A stretch of 64,000 nucleotides of DNA from Heterodontus francisci. Lineage: Eukaryota. The notes under the pieces were generated by a model. The model was not told the DNA's origin and did no database searches. It saw only the letters and a program-made list of their open reading frames with translations. Made by a program: the position numbers and the translations under genes. The stretch lies in NCBI RefSeq assembly GCF_036365525.1, contig NW_027142006.1:3472001-3536000 (forward strand). The letters run 5' to 3'. This document shows positions 29,114-42,400 of the stretch, in pieces. How positions within the stretch are numbered: the stretch's first letter is position 1; each line of letters opens with the position of its first letter.

Positions 29114-29737
29114 GAGGTGGGGAAGAGAACAAAAGGGAAGGTGTGTGTTCAGGCAGGAGACAGTTGCCCACCTCCTCCTGGAATGTGTCTTTGCAAAGCA
29201 GGTGTGGAAAGAGATGCAGTGGATTTTGTTGAGATTCATCCCAAGCAGCTCTGTAACGCAAGAGTCTGTGCTCTACGGGCTGTTCCCAGAGACGCGCACC
29301 GAGACAAACATCAACTGCTGCTGGAAGACTATCAATTTGGTGAAAGACGCCCTTTGGTCTGCACAAAACTTGCTGGTCTTCCAGCGCAAAGAGTTGTCCA
29401 CCACCGAATGTTGCAGACTGGCACATTCCAAGGTCCAGTACTACGTGCTGAGGAACGCACTAAAGCTTGGGGCAGCCGCAGCAAAGGCTCAATGGGGAAA
29501 GACCAATGTGTAAGGTCCCCCCAACAAGATGAACGGAGGGGCTTGATCCATGGAAAACCCCTTGAACTGAATCTGGAAAATTTTTGTTTGCGAAAAAATG
29601 TAAAATGAAATGGAAGGGTGGTGAGGCAACTCACTCCAGTATTGAAGGAAACTGATCTCCTTTGCATTGTTTGTATTTTTGTCATGTATTTTTTACAGAT
29701 TTTAATGAATAAAATATATTTTGGAATTTTAAAAAAA
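29114..29737 (+). mobile_element. Tx1 3' fragment
   Basis: ETVAHLLLECVFAKQVW...AKAQWGKTNV*, with the same 3' UTR and A-tail as the other Tx1 copies. Followed by gtgttag (non-histone site). Confidence 0.9.
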
Positions 29738-31070
29738 GTGTTAGGGCAGGAGAGATTAACTGACAAGCAGGTCATGCGGCAAAGACAAAGGGAGAGTGCT
29801 AATGGTGCAGTGAAGGACAAAACATTAGTGTACAGACAGTGTTAATGACAGAATAATGAACAGCTCGCTCCAAAAGCACAAACTTGAAAAACCAAGATTA
29901 AGGCAGGAACATGGTAACAAAAAATTATCAATCAAAATAAAATAAAATAATAAAAAAGATCCAGCCATGCTCTGAAATTATTTTACTCAATGTTCAGTCC
30001 GGAAGGATGTTGAGTGTCTAATCAGAAAATGAGGTTCTGTTCCTGGAGCTTGCTTTACTGGAACACTGCAGCAGGCCGAGGACAGAAATGTGGGCATGAG
30101 AACAGTGTGGTGAAGTGAAGTGGCAAGCAACCGGAAGCTTGGGTTCATGCTTGCAGATTGTCCGGAGATGTTCCGCAAAGCAGTCACCCAATCTACGTTT
30201 GGTCTCCCCAATGTAGAGGTGCCGCATTGTGAGCAGCGAATACAGAAGACTAAATTGAAAGAAGTACAAGTAAATCGCTGCTTCACCTGGAAGGAGTGCT
30301 TGGGGCCTTGGATGGTGAGGAGAGAGGAGGTAAAAGGGCAGGATCTATGCCTCCTGCGATTATATGGGAAGAGGCCATGGGAAGGGGAATGCTGACAGGG
30401 CAGTGGAGGGGAAGATGTGTTTCGTAATGGCATCATGCTGGAGGTGGCAGAAATAGTGGAGGATGATCCTTTGGATGTGCAGGCAAGTCGGGTGGAATTT
30501 GGTTGCAGTTCTGGGAGGGAGGGGATGGGATGAGGGCAGAAGTGCAGGAAATAGGTCAGACACGGTTGAGGGCCCTGTCAACCACAGTGTGGGGGAATCC
30601 TCGGTTGAGGAAAAAGGAAGACATATCAGAACTGCTGTTGTCGAAGGTTGCATCATCAGAAATGATGTGTCAGAGATGGAGAAACTGGGAGAATGGAATG
30701 GAGTCCTTACAGGAAGCAGGGTGTGAGAAAGTGTAGTCAAGGTAACTGTGGGAGTCGGTGGGCTTAGAAAGAATATTAGCGGACAGCCTTAAATTCAGAG
30801 ATGGAGACAAAGAAGTCACAAAGGGAAGGGAAGTGTCGGAGATAGATCATGTGAAGGTGAGGGAAGGGTGGAAATTGGAAGCAAAGTTGATGAAGTTTTC
30901 CAGTTCCGGGCGGGAGCAGGAAATGACACTGACACAGTCATCATTCTACCGGAAAAATAGCTGGGGTGTGGGGCCCTGAGTAGGACTGGAAAAAGGAATG
31001 TTTGACATACACCACAAAAAGACAGGCATACTAGGACCCATGTGGGTAACCATGGCAACACCTTTTATGT
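29738..31070 (-). mobile_element. Degraded Penelope-like element (RT C-terminus + GIY-YIG)
   Basis: Minus-strand KGVAMVTHMGPS RT motif and LYIGETKRRLGDCFAEHL. Similar to 23861-25070. Confidence 0.82.
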
Positions 31071-31345
31071 TATTCTCTGAGTAACACACCTCCTGATTCA
31101 CCAAACCGTGTCCACCATCTACAAGGCACAAGTGAGGTTTGTAATGGAATACTCTCCACTTGCCTAGCTGAGTTCAGCTCTAACTTCACTCTGGAAGCTC
31201 GACCCCATCCAGGACAAAGTAGCTCACTTGATCAACACCCCGTCCACCACCTTAAATATTCACTCCTTCCACCACTGGTGCACAGTGGCAGCAGTGTTTA
31301 CAATCCTAGACAGCACCTTCCAAACACGTGAACTCTACCACCATT

Positions 31346-32390
31346 TTTAAAAATTCATTCATGGGATGTGGGTGTTGCTGGCTAGGCCAGCATTTATTGC
31401 CCATCCCTAATTGCCCTGGAGAAGGTGGTGGTGAGCTGCCTTCTTGAACCGCTGCAGTCCATGTGAGGTAGGTACACTCACAGTGCCGTTAGGAAGGGAG
31501 TTCCAGGGCTTTGACCCAGTGACAGTGAAGGAACGACAATATAGTTCCACATCAGGATAGTGTGTGACTTGGAGGGGAACTTGCTGGTGGTGGTGTTCCC
31601 ATGCATTTGCTGCCCTTGTACTTCTAGTTGGTATAGGTTGTGGATTTGTAAAGTGCTGTCGAAGGATCCTCGGTGCGTTGCTGCAGTGCATCTTGTAGAT
31701 GGTGCACACTGCGGCCACTGTGCGCGCTGGTGGAGGGAGTGAATGTTTGTGGATGGGGTGCCAATCAAGTGGGCTGCTTTGTCCTGCATGGTATCAAGCT
31801 TCTTGCATGTTCTTGGAGCTGCATCCATCCAGGCAAGTGGGGAGTGTTCCATCACGTTCCTGACTTGTGCCTTGTAGATGGTCGACAGGCTTTGGGGAGT
31901 CAGGAGGAGACTTACTAGTTGCAGGATTACTAGCCTGTGACCTGCTCTGGTAGCCACAGTATTTTGTGGCTACTCCAGTTCAATTTCTGGTCAATGGCAG
32001 CCCCTAGGATGTTGATAGTGGGGGATTCGGCAATGGTAATGCCATTGAATGTCAAGGGAGATGCTTAGATTCTCTCTTGTTGAAAGTGGTCATTGGATAA
32101 GTCTGGATACTGTCGAGCACTTGTTGCATTTCTATACAGACTGCTTCAGTATCTGAGGAGTCACGAATGGTGCTGAACACTGTGCAATTATCAGCCAAAA
32201 TCCCCACTTCTGACCTTATGATTGAAGAAGGTTATTGATGAAGCAGCTGAAGATGGTTGGGCCTAGGACACTACCCTGAGGAACTCCTGCAGTGATCTCC
32301 TGGAGCTCAGATGATTGACCTCCAACAACCACAACCATCTTCCTTTTTGCTAGGTATGTCTCTAACCAGCGGAGAGATATCCCCCTGATT
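31346..32390 (-). mobile_element. CR1/L2-type LINE 3' part
   Basis: Minus strand LLTPQSLSTIYKAQVRNVMEHSPLAW and a 3' tail shared with the Deu-type SINEs. Confidence 0.8.
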
Positions 32391-34496
32391 CCTTAGAAGG
32401 ACAAGAGCAGCAGACACGTGGGAATACTACAATCAGCAACCTCCCCTCCAATCCAAATCCTGACTTGGAACTATTTTGCCGTGCCTTCCCTGGGGCATAT
32501 CAAAATCCTGGAACTCCCTCCCGAATAGCACTGTGTGTGTACCTATAACATATGGACTGCAGTGGTTCAAGTAGGCAGCTCACCAAAACCAGGGCAATTA
32601 AGGATGGGCAATAAATGATGGTCTTGCCAGCGATGCTTACATCCCATGAAAAAAAATAACAAAAATAAAATGGAGTTAAAATCTCTATGAAAGAAATCTT
32701 TATAAAATTCTGCAATCAGTCCATGTGACCAGGGGATCCCCACCCCCTTCATTCCAGTTTTTACTTGCATTGATTCCACTTCATTGTCACACACGATTCT
32801 CTCATCCTCATTTCAACCCTCTTCAATAAAACCACTCACTTTCCATCAACAATTTGCAAATGGATTCATTTATGATGCTGGAACATTCCTCACACAGAAA
32901 TTATTCAACTCAGTAAAAACATTCTTACAGCTGATAACTTTGCTACCAATTGAAGGACTGTCTAATGCGGTTATCAAGTCAGAGTGAAAAGTTTATTAAA
33001 CTTGGTTCCATTCAATCCAGCTGTCATAAACTTTGAACCTTTATTCATTTTATAAACAGTATTTGAAGGGTCTCAGTAACAATGTTCAGTGTTGATGAGA
33101 GTGGGGTCTGGGTGAGAAACTGCTGAGTGTGTCAGGGTCAGGACTGAATGCAGGAAGTTCTCGAACAGTCTCTCTCTCTCTTTCTCCCTCTCTATTGCTG
33201 AAGGGATTGAGTTGATTGACAACTGGCGGCTGCTGGTATTTGAATAAATGAAGTTCCTTCCAACCATTTTTTGATTGACAGCTACACAGAACTTTTTTGT
33301 CCCAGGACACAAAAATGAACAGAAGTGGATCAGTGTAGGATGATTCTCGGTCTGTATAAAAGGGGTGTGATTTCAGCTGCCATGGTCCAGTGGTTAAAGT
33401 TTTCAACATTGAAATCCACTGGACTTATCCGAGTTTGGTTTGAGTCCTGCTCACAGAGGATCTATTCAGTGATTTTAATTATTTTTAATCTTTAATCCTC
33501 TATTTCCACAAAACGCAGGCACTGAAATAACTCATACTCCTCACCATTGCTATCCATTATACAGGTAGTGGCTGCATGGTCCAATGGAGACACACTCGGA
33601 GGGCTCTGGGAGAGGTTTCTTCTCGGGTTTTAGGACTCTTTTGGTCTACCAACAGCAACCGGATGTCTGCAGAGGAACTCGGAGTGCCAGGCCGCTCAGA
33701 GGACAGACTTCCTAGGATCAATTTTAATCAGGGGACAAAATATCCGTGGAACAGAACATCAAAGGTCCGAGGATTGAGGCTGAAATTCCCGATGTTTTGG
33801 AAGAAACCTGCAGATGTGGGACGTTAATATTTGCTCGGTGCAGATTCACTTTAGTCCGTTATTGTGTCCTGCGACAAACAAATGGCTGGCAGCTGTCAAT
33901 CCAAAAAATAAAAATCAGAAGATTCTGGCAATTTCCACCCTTACAGCTCTCAGCAGTCTTGGTTCCATCCCATCCAGTCCTAATGACTTATCAACATGAA
34001 GTACAGCCAGCCGTTCCAGTATCTCCTATTTATTAGAACGCGCTGACTGAGCTGTGTCTTCATCACTTCTGGGCAATCAGACAGTTCACCCTTCATTCTG
34101 CTCTGATTCACTTTCCCAAAGCGGATCTCCAGATTCTCAAATCTGGGGACAAGGATTTCTTATTTGCTTCATTTCAGTTTTTATCATTCTCAACTGATAA
34201 TATAATCCAAAACTCGGACAAATCCTCCACCTTGCATCGTGTCCCAGACTCAGTAGAAAGCAGCACATAGTGACATGAACACACTGACAGATACAATCCG
34301 TCACACTCTGATTCAGTGAGATTAATGTCAAGAGTGGTTTCCAGATCAAATGCAATGATGAACAAATTTCTCTCAAAGGAGGTGTGGTTGACTGAGGTAC
34401 CTTTATAGTATTTGCAGTGGATTTCTGTGCAAGAAGGGACAATCGTCAAACATCCATTCCGAAATCCTTCGCTCAGCAAAGACAGATAGAGTCCTG

Positions 34497-34718
34497 TTTT
34501 AAATAAAAACAGAAAGTGCTGGAAATATTCAGCAGGTCTGGTAGCATCTGTGCAGAGAGGAGCAGAGTTAACATTTCAGCAGTTCTGATAAAATGTCACA
34601 GACCTGAAAGGTTAACTCTGCGTCTCTGTCCACAGATGCCACCAGACCCGCTGAGTATTTCCAGTACTTTCTGTGTTCATTTCAGATTTCCAGCATCTGC
34701 AGTATTTTGCTTTTGTTA
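34497..34718. mobile_element. Short Penelope-derived element with ~80-bp inverted arms
   Basis: aaaacagaaagtgctggaaatattcagcaggtctgg...gttaac is inverted against gttaactctg...ccagacccgctgagtatttccag. The right arm matches the Penelope 3' end at 24990-25070. Second copy at 59997-60220. Confidence 0.75.
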
Positions 34719-35187
34719 CTGTCCTGTCTTATTGTGCTGCTCAATAAAGTAGTTGGAAAACCAAGTTACAGTAAGGCTTTAAGGGGATTTGAATCCAGGA
34801 TTGATCTGTTCATTAAAGAGGTGCTTCGACCAACTAAATCAAAGGGTCAAAATACAGTGTTTGAGTTTTTTGAGCTACAGATTAGTGCAGATCTTTCTAG
34901 CTGTGCTGAACATTGATTTCCATCTCCGGGTTCTTTCTGAGTCTGTGAGTTTGCAGTTCTTTGCGAGTGAGTGCCAGACATGAAGATATGTTTAGACGAT
35001 TTCTCGTAAGTCATTTGCATCTCCATATTTTTCTGAAATTTGTACAAACACATTAAATGAGGGAATCACATAAGTCACGCCGTGAAATTTCTCCACAAAA
35101 CACTGAAAGGTGACAGTGTTTATTGTGAGGGGTTTCCACTTATTCAGACACATATCTAGTAAAAGTGATCAGGACGTGATTCGCATA

Positions 35188-37479
35188 TGTAGTGTATTTG
35201 TATATTATGCTAATAATGTAATGACGTGATGATGTAATGGCGTGAATAAACATTTATTTGAACAGGCCATATTTGGTGTCCATTTCCTCTGCTGGACCCA
35301 CCTGAAAATATTAGAGAAAATGGCAACTAGGGGAAGATAAAGTCTGTAAATATAGGCTGAAAATAGCAGCAGGGACTGCAGTAAACAAGATCAGCCTGGT
35401 GACTTAGTTGCTCGGATAGTGGAGAATTTAGCTGGGTTGTGGGCAGCCTGAGCCTCAGACTGTCTCCTGAGTTGAATAGGATACCGCAGGGTCTTAGTGC
35501 TCATTGAGGAAATTTGGCTGTACCCATGGGATACAGCTGAAAGCTGGCAACGAATGAGAGGGTTTGAGCAACATTCCGTTCCAAAATTGAAAGAATAGGC
35601 ATGTTCTTAGAGTTAAGAATATTTTGGGACTGGTAGGTGAGGCGGTCAAGACTCAGAATAAGGCAATTCCTGAGCAAAAGAAAACAATTTTTCTTGTGGA
35701 AATTGGCCTGGAAGTGTATGACATGCTGACAAAGATTCCTGCTCTGAACAAAGCAAAATATGTGCCAGTCAAAACAAAATCACCAAGTTGGAGGAACATT
35801 TCAATCCTAAGCCACTAGAGATAGCAGAATGCTATAAATTTGGAACCAGAAATCAGAAAAGTAGTGAAGCAGTTGGTGAGTATATTGTGGCACTGAAGAA
35901 TTTTTATTCCGTTGCAACTTTGGCACATTCTTCGACCATGCATTTTGAGACATATTTGTGTGTGGATTTGTGAACAAAAGAATCCAATCAAAGTTACTAA
36001 ACACACAAAATCTTACATTTGAGATCGTGTGTAAGATTGCTGTTTCCATGGAGATGGCATCAAAGAATGTTAGGGAATTTTATCCCATGCTGGTAACTAG
36101 TACAGGCTTCTGTCCACTGTTAAAGTGCTTCAGCCAAGTCTAAAGTGGACAGACATAGCCAGAAGAGTGCCAATGATAGCAGTTTAGTGTTGTTATCACC
36201 ATAAGGGCAACCACACAGCACAATCATGTCAGTACAGGAATGCAAAATGTTTTAATTGTCAAGCAGAGGCCAAAGAAGGAAAGGGAACTAATTCCAGTGG
36301 TAATGGAAAACAGTGATGTTATAAGGGTGGAGTTCACAATCTTGAAGTGAATCCAGAGTGCCAAACCAAAGAGGAGCAAGGGCTTTACAGCATTTATGCC
36401 ACTAGCAATCACTCAAATGACGGAGACTTTTGTATAATGTTGTTGGTAAATAAACAGCAAATTGCTACGACCATGGATTGCTCCATCATGAATAGAGAAA
36501 TGTATGGGAGCAAAGTCAGTGATGTACCTCTAACTGAGAGCACAGCTCAATTGAAAACCTACTCTGGTGAGGTGTTAGCAATGTGTTGGCAAATGGAGTG
36601 TAATGTGCAACATAAGGGCAGGCCCCTCAAGATACCTGTTTTTTATTCATTATTTCATGGGAGGCGGGCATCACTGGCAAGGCCAGCATTTATTGCCCAT
36701 TCCTAATTGCGCTTGACAACTGAATTGCTTGCTGGGTCATTTCAGAGGACAGGTGAGAGTAAACCACATTGTTGTGGGCCAGCATCACATACAGGCCAGA
36801 CCAGGTAAGCACAGCAGATTGCCTTCTGTAAAGGGTATGAGTTAACCAGATGGGTTTTAATGAAAATCAATTATAGTTGCATGGCACCACTACTCAGATT
36901 TTATATTATTCATTAATGAATTGAATCTGAATTCCACCAGCTGCCATGGTGGGATTTAAACCCATATCCCCAGGGCATTAGTCTGAGTCGTGAGATTATC
37001 AGTTCAGTGACATTACTGCTATGCCAGCCTCTCCCCTACAAGGTAGTGAGATATGTCAACAAACCAATAATAATGGGGAAAGACTGGCTTTGAAAGCTGA
37101 AGTTAGACTGGAAGCATGTTTTTTCATGTGGTGTACCTTGGCCTGAAAATCAATGAAAAGAACTCCAGCCAGTGAAAGAGAAAATAGAGGCTATGGTCAA
37201 AGCCCCAAAGACAAAAAGATGTGTCTGAGCTTAGATCTTTTCTCGGCATGGTCCAATACTACTCACAATTTCTGCCTGAGCATGCAATGGTGTTAGCTCC
37301 ACTACATAAGTTGTTGAAGATGTGAAATGGAAATGGTCTAAAACACAAGATGCTAATGATGCATGTAAGAGAAGCTCGATCAGTGACACACTACACATTC
37401 ATTACCACACAAATGGTGAACTGAAGCTAGCTTCAAAATATGGAGTTGGAGCAGTAATCTGTCATGTTGTGGATCATGG
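35188..37479 (+). mobile_element. Decayed Ty3/Gypsy LTR retrotransposon (gag, protease, partial pol)
   Basis: gag-like HFNPKPLEIAECYKFGTRNQ...VGEYIVALK and IQSKLL...LTFE, plus RNase H-like ASKYGVGAVI. Most of RT is deleted relative to the 56062-59535 copy. Confidence 0.8.
36640..37037 (-). mobile_element. Deu-domain-like SINE nested in Gypsy
   Basis: Same family as 7611-7945. Duplicate at 57711-58100. Confidence 0.7.
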
Positions 37480-37772
37480 CCGCTGCAAAGGCTCAATGGG
37501 GAAAGAACACTGTGTAAGGTCTTCCCACCAGAGTGAACTAAAGGGCTGGACCCATGGGAAACCCCTCTGGCTGTCTACACCAACATGGGTCTGCTGTAAA
37601 ATGTACATGGCATGTAAAATGGAATGGAAGGGTTGTGAGGCAACTCACTCCTGTATCGAAGAAAACTGATTTCCTTTGCGCTTTTGGAATGTCAACTTGG
37701 TGCTGTTTTGGACTGTTTTGTAAAGCTTTTTTTCAACAGATTTTTATGAATGGAGTATACTTTTGGGAAAAA
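37480..37772 (+). mobile_element. Tx1 extreme 3' end (~290 bp) abutting the H4 start
   Basis: ccgctgcaaaggctcaatggggaaag...tgtgtaa, then the Tx1 3' UTR and a short A-tail, then gtgtctggcagagg. Confidence 0.9.
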
Positions 37773-38084
37773 GTGTCTGGCAGAGGTGAAGGATGCAACG
37801 GACCTGGCAAAGGCAGAGCAAAGCGGCACCGCACAGTGCTTCGTGATAATATCCAGGGCATCACCAAACCAGCAATCCTCCGCCTGGCTCGCCGTGGCAG
37901 GGTCAAGCGGATCTCGCGTTTGATCTATGAGGAGACTCGCGGGGTATTGAAAGGTTTCCTGGAGAATGTGATCAGGGATGCGGTCACCTACACTGAGCAC
38001 GCCAAGCGCAAGACGGTCACTGCCATGGATGTGGTGTACGCTCTGAAACGGCAGGGCCGCACTCTCTGCGGATTCGGCGGCTGA
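37773..38084 (+). pseudogene. H4: Histone H4 pseudogene; start lost at Tx1 junction
   Basis: 312 bp like intact H4, GTG in place of ATG, many substitutions ([22 protein letters not shown]...). Stem-loop at 38119-38134 has the non-canonical loop tcga. Confidence 0.92.
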
Positions 38085-38482
38085 GAAACCAGCCCCTTTC
38101 CCACAAACACACAACAAAGGCTCTTCGAAGAGCCACCCACCGCCTCACAGAGAGAGCAGTGACCTGGAAACGGGAGATGGGATAGGCTGTTCAGAACTGA
38201 CTGGAATAAATCTGTGCTGTGTTCGGGTATAAAACTGGAATCCCCGAGTTTGACATTTCATTTGCAGCAAGGATGTGCAGTGGATTTGATTTTCTAAACG
38301 GGCTGTGTAAACAGTGCCCGAGGCTCTACACTTAGTTATTTCCCCAGTCGACACATGCCCTCAGTGAAAAGCCACATCACTCCTCCAGAATCACTCATTG
38401 TTTTCAAAGAATTTCAAAATGATTTCGCTGCAATGAGGGAATCCGGGAGTTTTGCAGCAGCCGTTAAATCGGTCACTGGAAC

Positions 38483-39410
38483 CAGACTCCTGTGTTACAG
38501 AGCTGCTTGGGATAAACCTCGACATAAACCAATGCATCTCTTTCCACACCTGCTTTGCAAAGACATATTCCAGGAGGAGGTGGGCAACCGTCTCTTCCCC
38601 ACCACAGCCACCGTGGGGGCATTGCGCGGAGGGGGCGAGTCTTCGGGCGTGCAGCAAGGATCTGACGGGGAAGGCTCTTCTCACCACCAGCCAAACTACA
38701 TCTTGGTGCTTGTTTGAAAGTTCCGGTGATGAGGCATTCTGCCAAATGACTTTGGTGGTCTGCTCGGGGAACCATCCGACAGGATACCCCATCTCCTTTT
38801 CCCGTAGGGCCTTGAGAACATTCCGTGCAGACCACTGCCTGATGGATCAGTGGTCAAAGTTGTTTTCCCGCAGAAACTGCTCCACGAAGGATAGGTGGTA
38901 CAGCACGGTCCAACTACATGGAGCGTTCCGCGGCAATGTGACCAGGGCCATCCTTCGCAACACTGGGAACAGATAGAACCTCAGCACGTAGTGACACTTG
39001 CAGTTTGCATACTGGAGGTCTACACACAGCTTGATGCAGCCGCACACGAAGGTGGTCATCAGGATGAGGGCAACGTTGGGTACATTTTTCCCGCCCTTGA
39101 CCAGAGATTTGAACATCGTGTCCCTCTGGACCCAGTCCATTTTAGATCCCCAGATGAAGCGGAAAATGGCTCGGGCGACCACCACACTTGAGTGCCTCTG
39201 CTGCCTGGGATTGTCACCCCCTCTCATGCTCGCATCCTTCCTAATAGACTCAGCAAAGGGTTCAACACAGCAAACGAACAAGACAGGGGAGAGAGGACAG
39301 CCCTGTCTGACTCCAGATTGGATCAGGAAACTTTCCGATTCCCACCCATTGATTGAGACTGCGCTACTGATGTTCGTGTAGAGCAGTTTGATCCAATTAC
39401 AGATTCCCTC
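38483..39410 (-). mobile_element. Internally deleted Tx1 ORF2 fragment
   Basis: Minus-strand pieces FVCCVEPFAESIRK, AIFRFIWGSKMD, ETVAHLLLEY. Lacks the 3' end. Confidence 0.88.
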
Positions 39411-42400
39411 CCATTTTTACTCACCTTTCTCGCCAGGTACGTCGAGGTGGCCAGCACTGATGTCAAAGACCCCTTTGGGATTTGGACCAATAAGCGGCAA
39501 GTCAAGGTGACCTTGACGGTCGATGCCAATGGAGCCATCATCCACCCTCCCTCCAGCTTCGCTATCAGGGGAAGTCGAGGCTTCTTGGTCTACGCTTGGC
39601 AGCCCAAAGTTTGTAGCACCTGTGGCAAATCTGGTCACGTGGCAGCTAACTGCAGCACGGTTGTCTGCAAGAACTGCAAGAAGGAAGGCCATCAGACCAA
39701 GGACTGTAAGCAGAGTAAGTGTTGCAACCTGTGCGGTGCGGCAGGCCATCTCTACAAAACCTGCCCCAAACGCTGCCTCAGTTATGCTCAGGCGGCAAGG
39801 TCCAAGGAAAGGCCGGGAGAAGGTTCGACGAAGGCGTCCGGTGTTGGAAAGGAGACAAACAACCTTCTCTGCAGTGAGGAACTTCTACCTGAGAAGGAGA
39901 AGAAAGGGAAGGCAACTGAAACCAGCAACCCGGCACCTACCCTGCACCCGGAAACCCCTCCTCCACAGACAGAATCAATGGAGGAGGAGGCAGCAGATGG
40001 ACAAACAGGTCAGTGGCAGTTTGTCCAAAGGAAAACCACAAAGAAAAGACCTCCAAAAGCGGAACAGGCCACCACCCAAACCAGTGGCAAGAGGAGGCTA
40101 CCGTCTGAGACAGACTACAGCAGCTCCTCTTCACTGGATGAGGAAGTGCCGGAGCGACAGCACCTTCAAAAGAAGCGGCAGAACTCAAAAGGAGCTGGAA
40201 GATAAAACCCCCCAGCCCCCGGGCACTGGAAGCTGTGATGGGCCTGTCAAGCCCCAAACCCAAAGCGCCACACCTAGCGACATGGCCAACACATCCCAGC
40301 TCTGGAACACTGAGAGCAAAGACACATCTGGCGCACTTCAGCTCCGGGAAGCCGGCAGCAGTGATGTTTTCGAAAAGGAACAGAGGGGAACAGCAGAGAA
40401 CAGCCCTGCTGCCAACAAGACCCCCGCCCTCCCACCGATGTCACCTCAGTGGAAGAAACCCTGCATGAAAAACCAGGAGGGGTTTCTGAGCCCAACGAGT
40501 GTGAAACAGCTTGCGTACACTATGGGTATACAGGAACATCCTGAAGGACTGGGACTAGCAAGGACAAATGGTATGGGAAGCAACAACTAACTTTAAAAAA
40601 ATGGGTATAAGGATTGCTTCAATTAATGTGCGTAGCATTAAATCCACTATGCGATGGATTACCTCGCCAAGGTCAAAGCCGACCCCCTGTTTCTGCAGGA
40701 GTGTGGAATACCACATCTCAGCACCGACAGGCAGTGGTCGCAATGGTGGTCCCACGGGTCATCGATCTGGTCAGGGGGTTATGATTGCCATTCCTCCGGC
40801 CTGGGTCTTCTGCTGCGGGGAGGTAACTTCACCATCTCCGAAGTTAAGGAGGTGGTGGGCAGTCGCCTCCTCATCGCAGATGTAATGTACAACAATGCTT
40901 CGCTCTGGTTGATCAGCATGTATGCCCCGTTTCAATGCAGCGAACGGTTGACCGTCTTTAGAATTAGAATTAGAATTAGAACTAGAACATTACAGCGCAG
41001 TACAGGCCCTTCGGCCCTCGATGTTGCGCCGACCATCTGACCTACACTATTCCATTTTCATCCATATGTCTATCCAATGACCACTTAAATGCCCTTAAAG
41101 TTGGCGAGTCTACTACTGTTGCAGACAGGGCGTTCCACGCCCCTACTACTCTCTGCGTAAAGAAACTACCTCTGACATCTGTCCTATATCTATCACCCCT
41201 CAACTTAAAGCTATGTCCCCTCGTGTTTGCCATCATCATCCGAGGAAAAAGACTCTCAATATCCACCCTATCTAACCCTCTGATTATCTTGTATGTCTCT
41301 ATTAAGTCGCCTCTCCTCCTCCTTCTCTCTAACGAAAACAACCCCAAGTCCCTCAGCCTTTCCTCGTAAGACCTTCCTTCCATACCAGGCAACATCCTAG
41401 TAAATCTCCTCTGCACCCTTTCCAAAGCTTCCACATCCTGCCTATAATGCGGTGACCAGAATTACACGCAATACTCAAGGTGCGGCCTCACCAGAATTTT
41501 GTACAGCTGCATCATGACCTCGTGGCTCCGAAACTCGATCCCCCGACTAATAAAAGCTAACACACCATATGCCTTCTTAACAGCCCTATTAACCTGGGTA
41601 GCAACCTTCAGGGATTTATGTACCTGGACCACCAAGATCTCTCTGTACATCTACACTACCAAGAATCTTCCCATTAGCCCAGTACTCTGCATTGCTGTTA
41701 CTTCTTCCAAAGTGAATCACCTCACACTTCTCCGCATTAAACTCCATTTGCCATCTCTCAGCCCAGCTCTGCGGCCTATCTATGTCCCTCTGTACCCTAC
41801 AACACCCTTCGACACTATCCACAACTCCACCGACCTTCGTGTCATCCGCAAATTTACTAACCCACCCTTCTACACCCTCATCCAGGTCATTTATAAAAAT
41901 GACAAACAGCAGTGGCCCCAAAACAGAACCTTGCGGTACACCACTAGTAACGAAATTCCAGGATGAACATTTGCCATCAACCATTGCTGCTGGGAACGTG
42001 CAGGCCAGTCATCCTAGGCGGTGACTTCAACTGCATCATCGATGCAGCTGGGCGAACTGGCAGAGACGACAGCAAACTGGACGCTATGTCCAGATTCCTA
42101 ATAGAAACAGTAAAAGATGCAAAACTGCACGACGTCTTCAGCAAACCTGCAGACGGAGTGCAGCGTAGATAGACATGGTCAAGATTGGACGGGTCTGCCC
42201 ATTCCAGGATTGACTTCCTGTTTGTGGCCCATGCCGTCACGGTCAGATCCATTGACGTCAAGCCGGTGTTCTTGTCGAACCACTGCCTCGTAATGGCCGA
42301 CTGTCACTTACAGGACGACTAGCGGGTTGGCAGAGGGACGTGGAAGCTCAATGCTACACTGCTAACCCCAGAGAACGTTGAGGAACTTAAAAGGGATTAC

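Larger units (their letters stand above)
30782..38487. repeat. Left arm of large inverted segmental duplication
   Basis: Mirror-order near-identical ORFs (34174-34479 vs 60237-60542; 35624-35818 vs 58931-59125; 38355 vs 55033) and the H4 unit. 30782 pairs with 64000. Confidence 0.92.

Noticed and set aside
38483-39410. Twin-priming 5' inversion of the adjacent long Tx1
   Set aside because: The inverted piece comes from late ORF2, which is also present in the sense copy, so it is better explained as a separate deleted copy.
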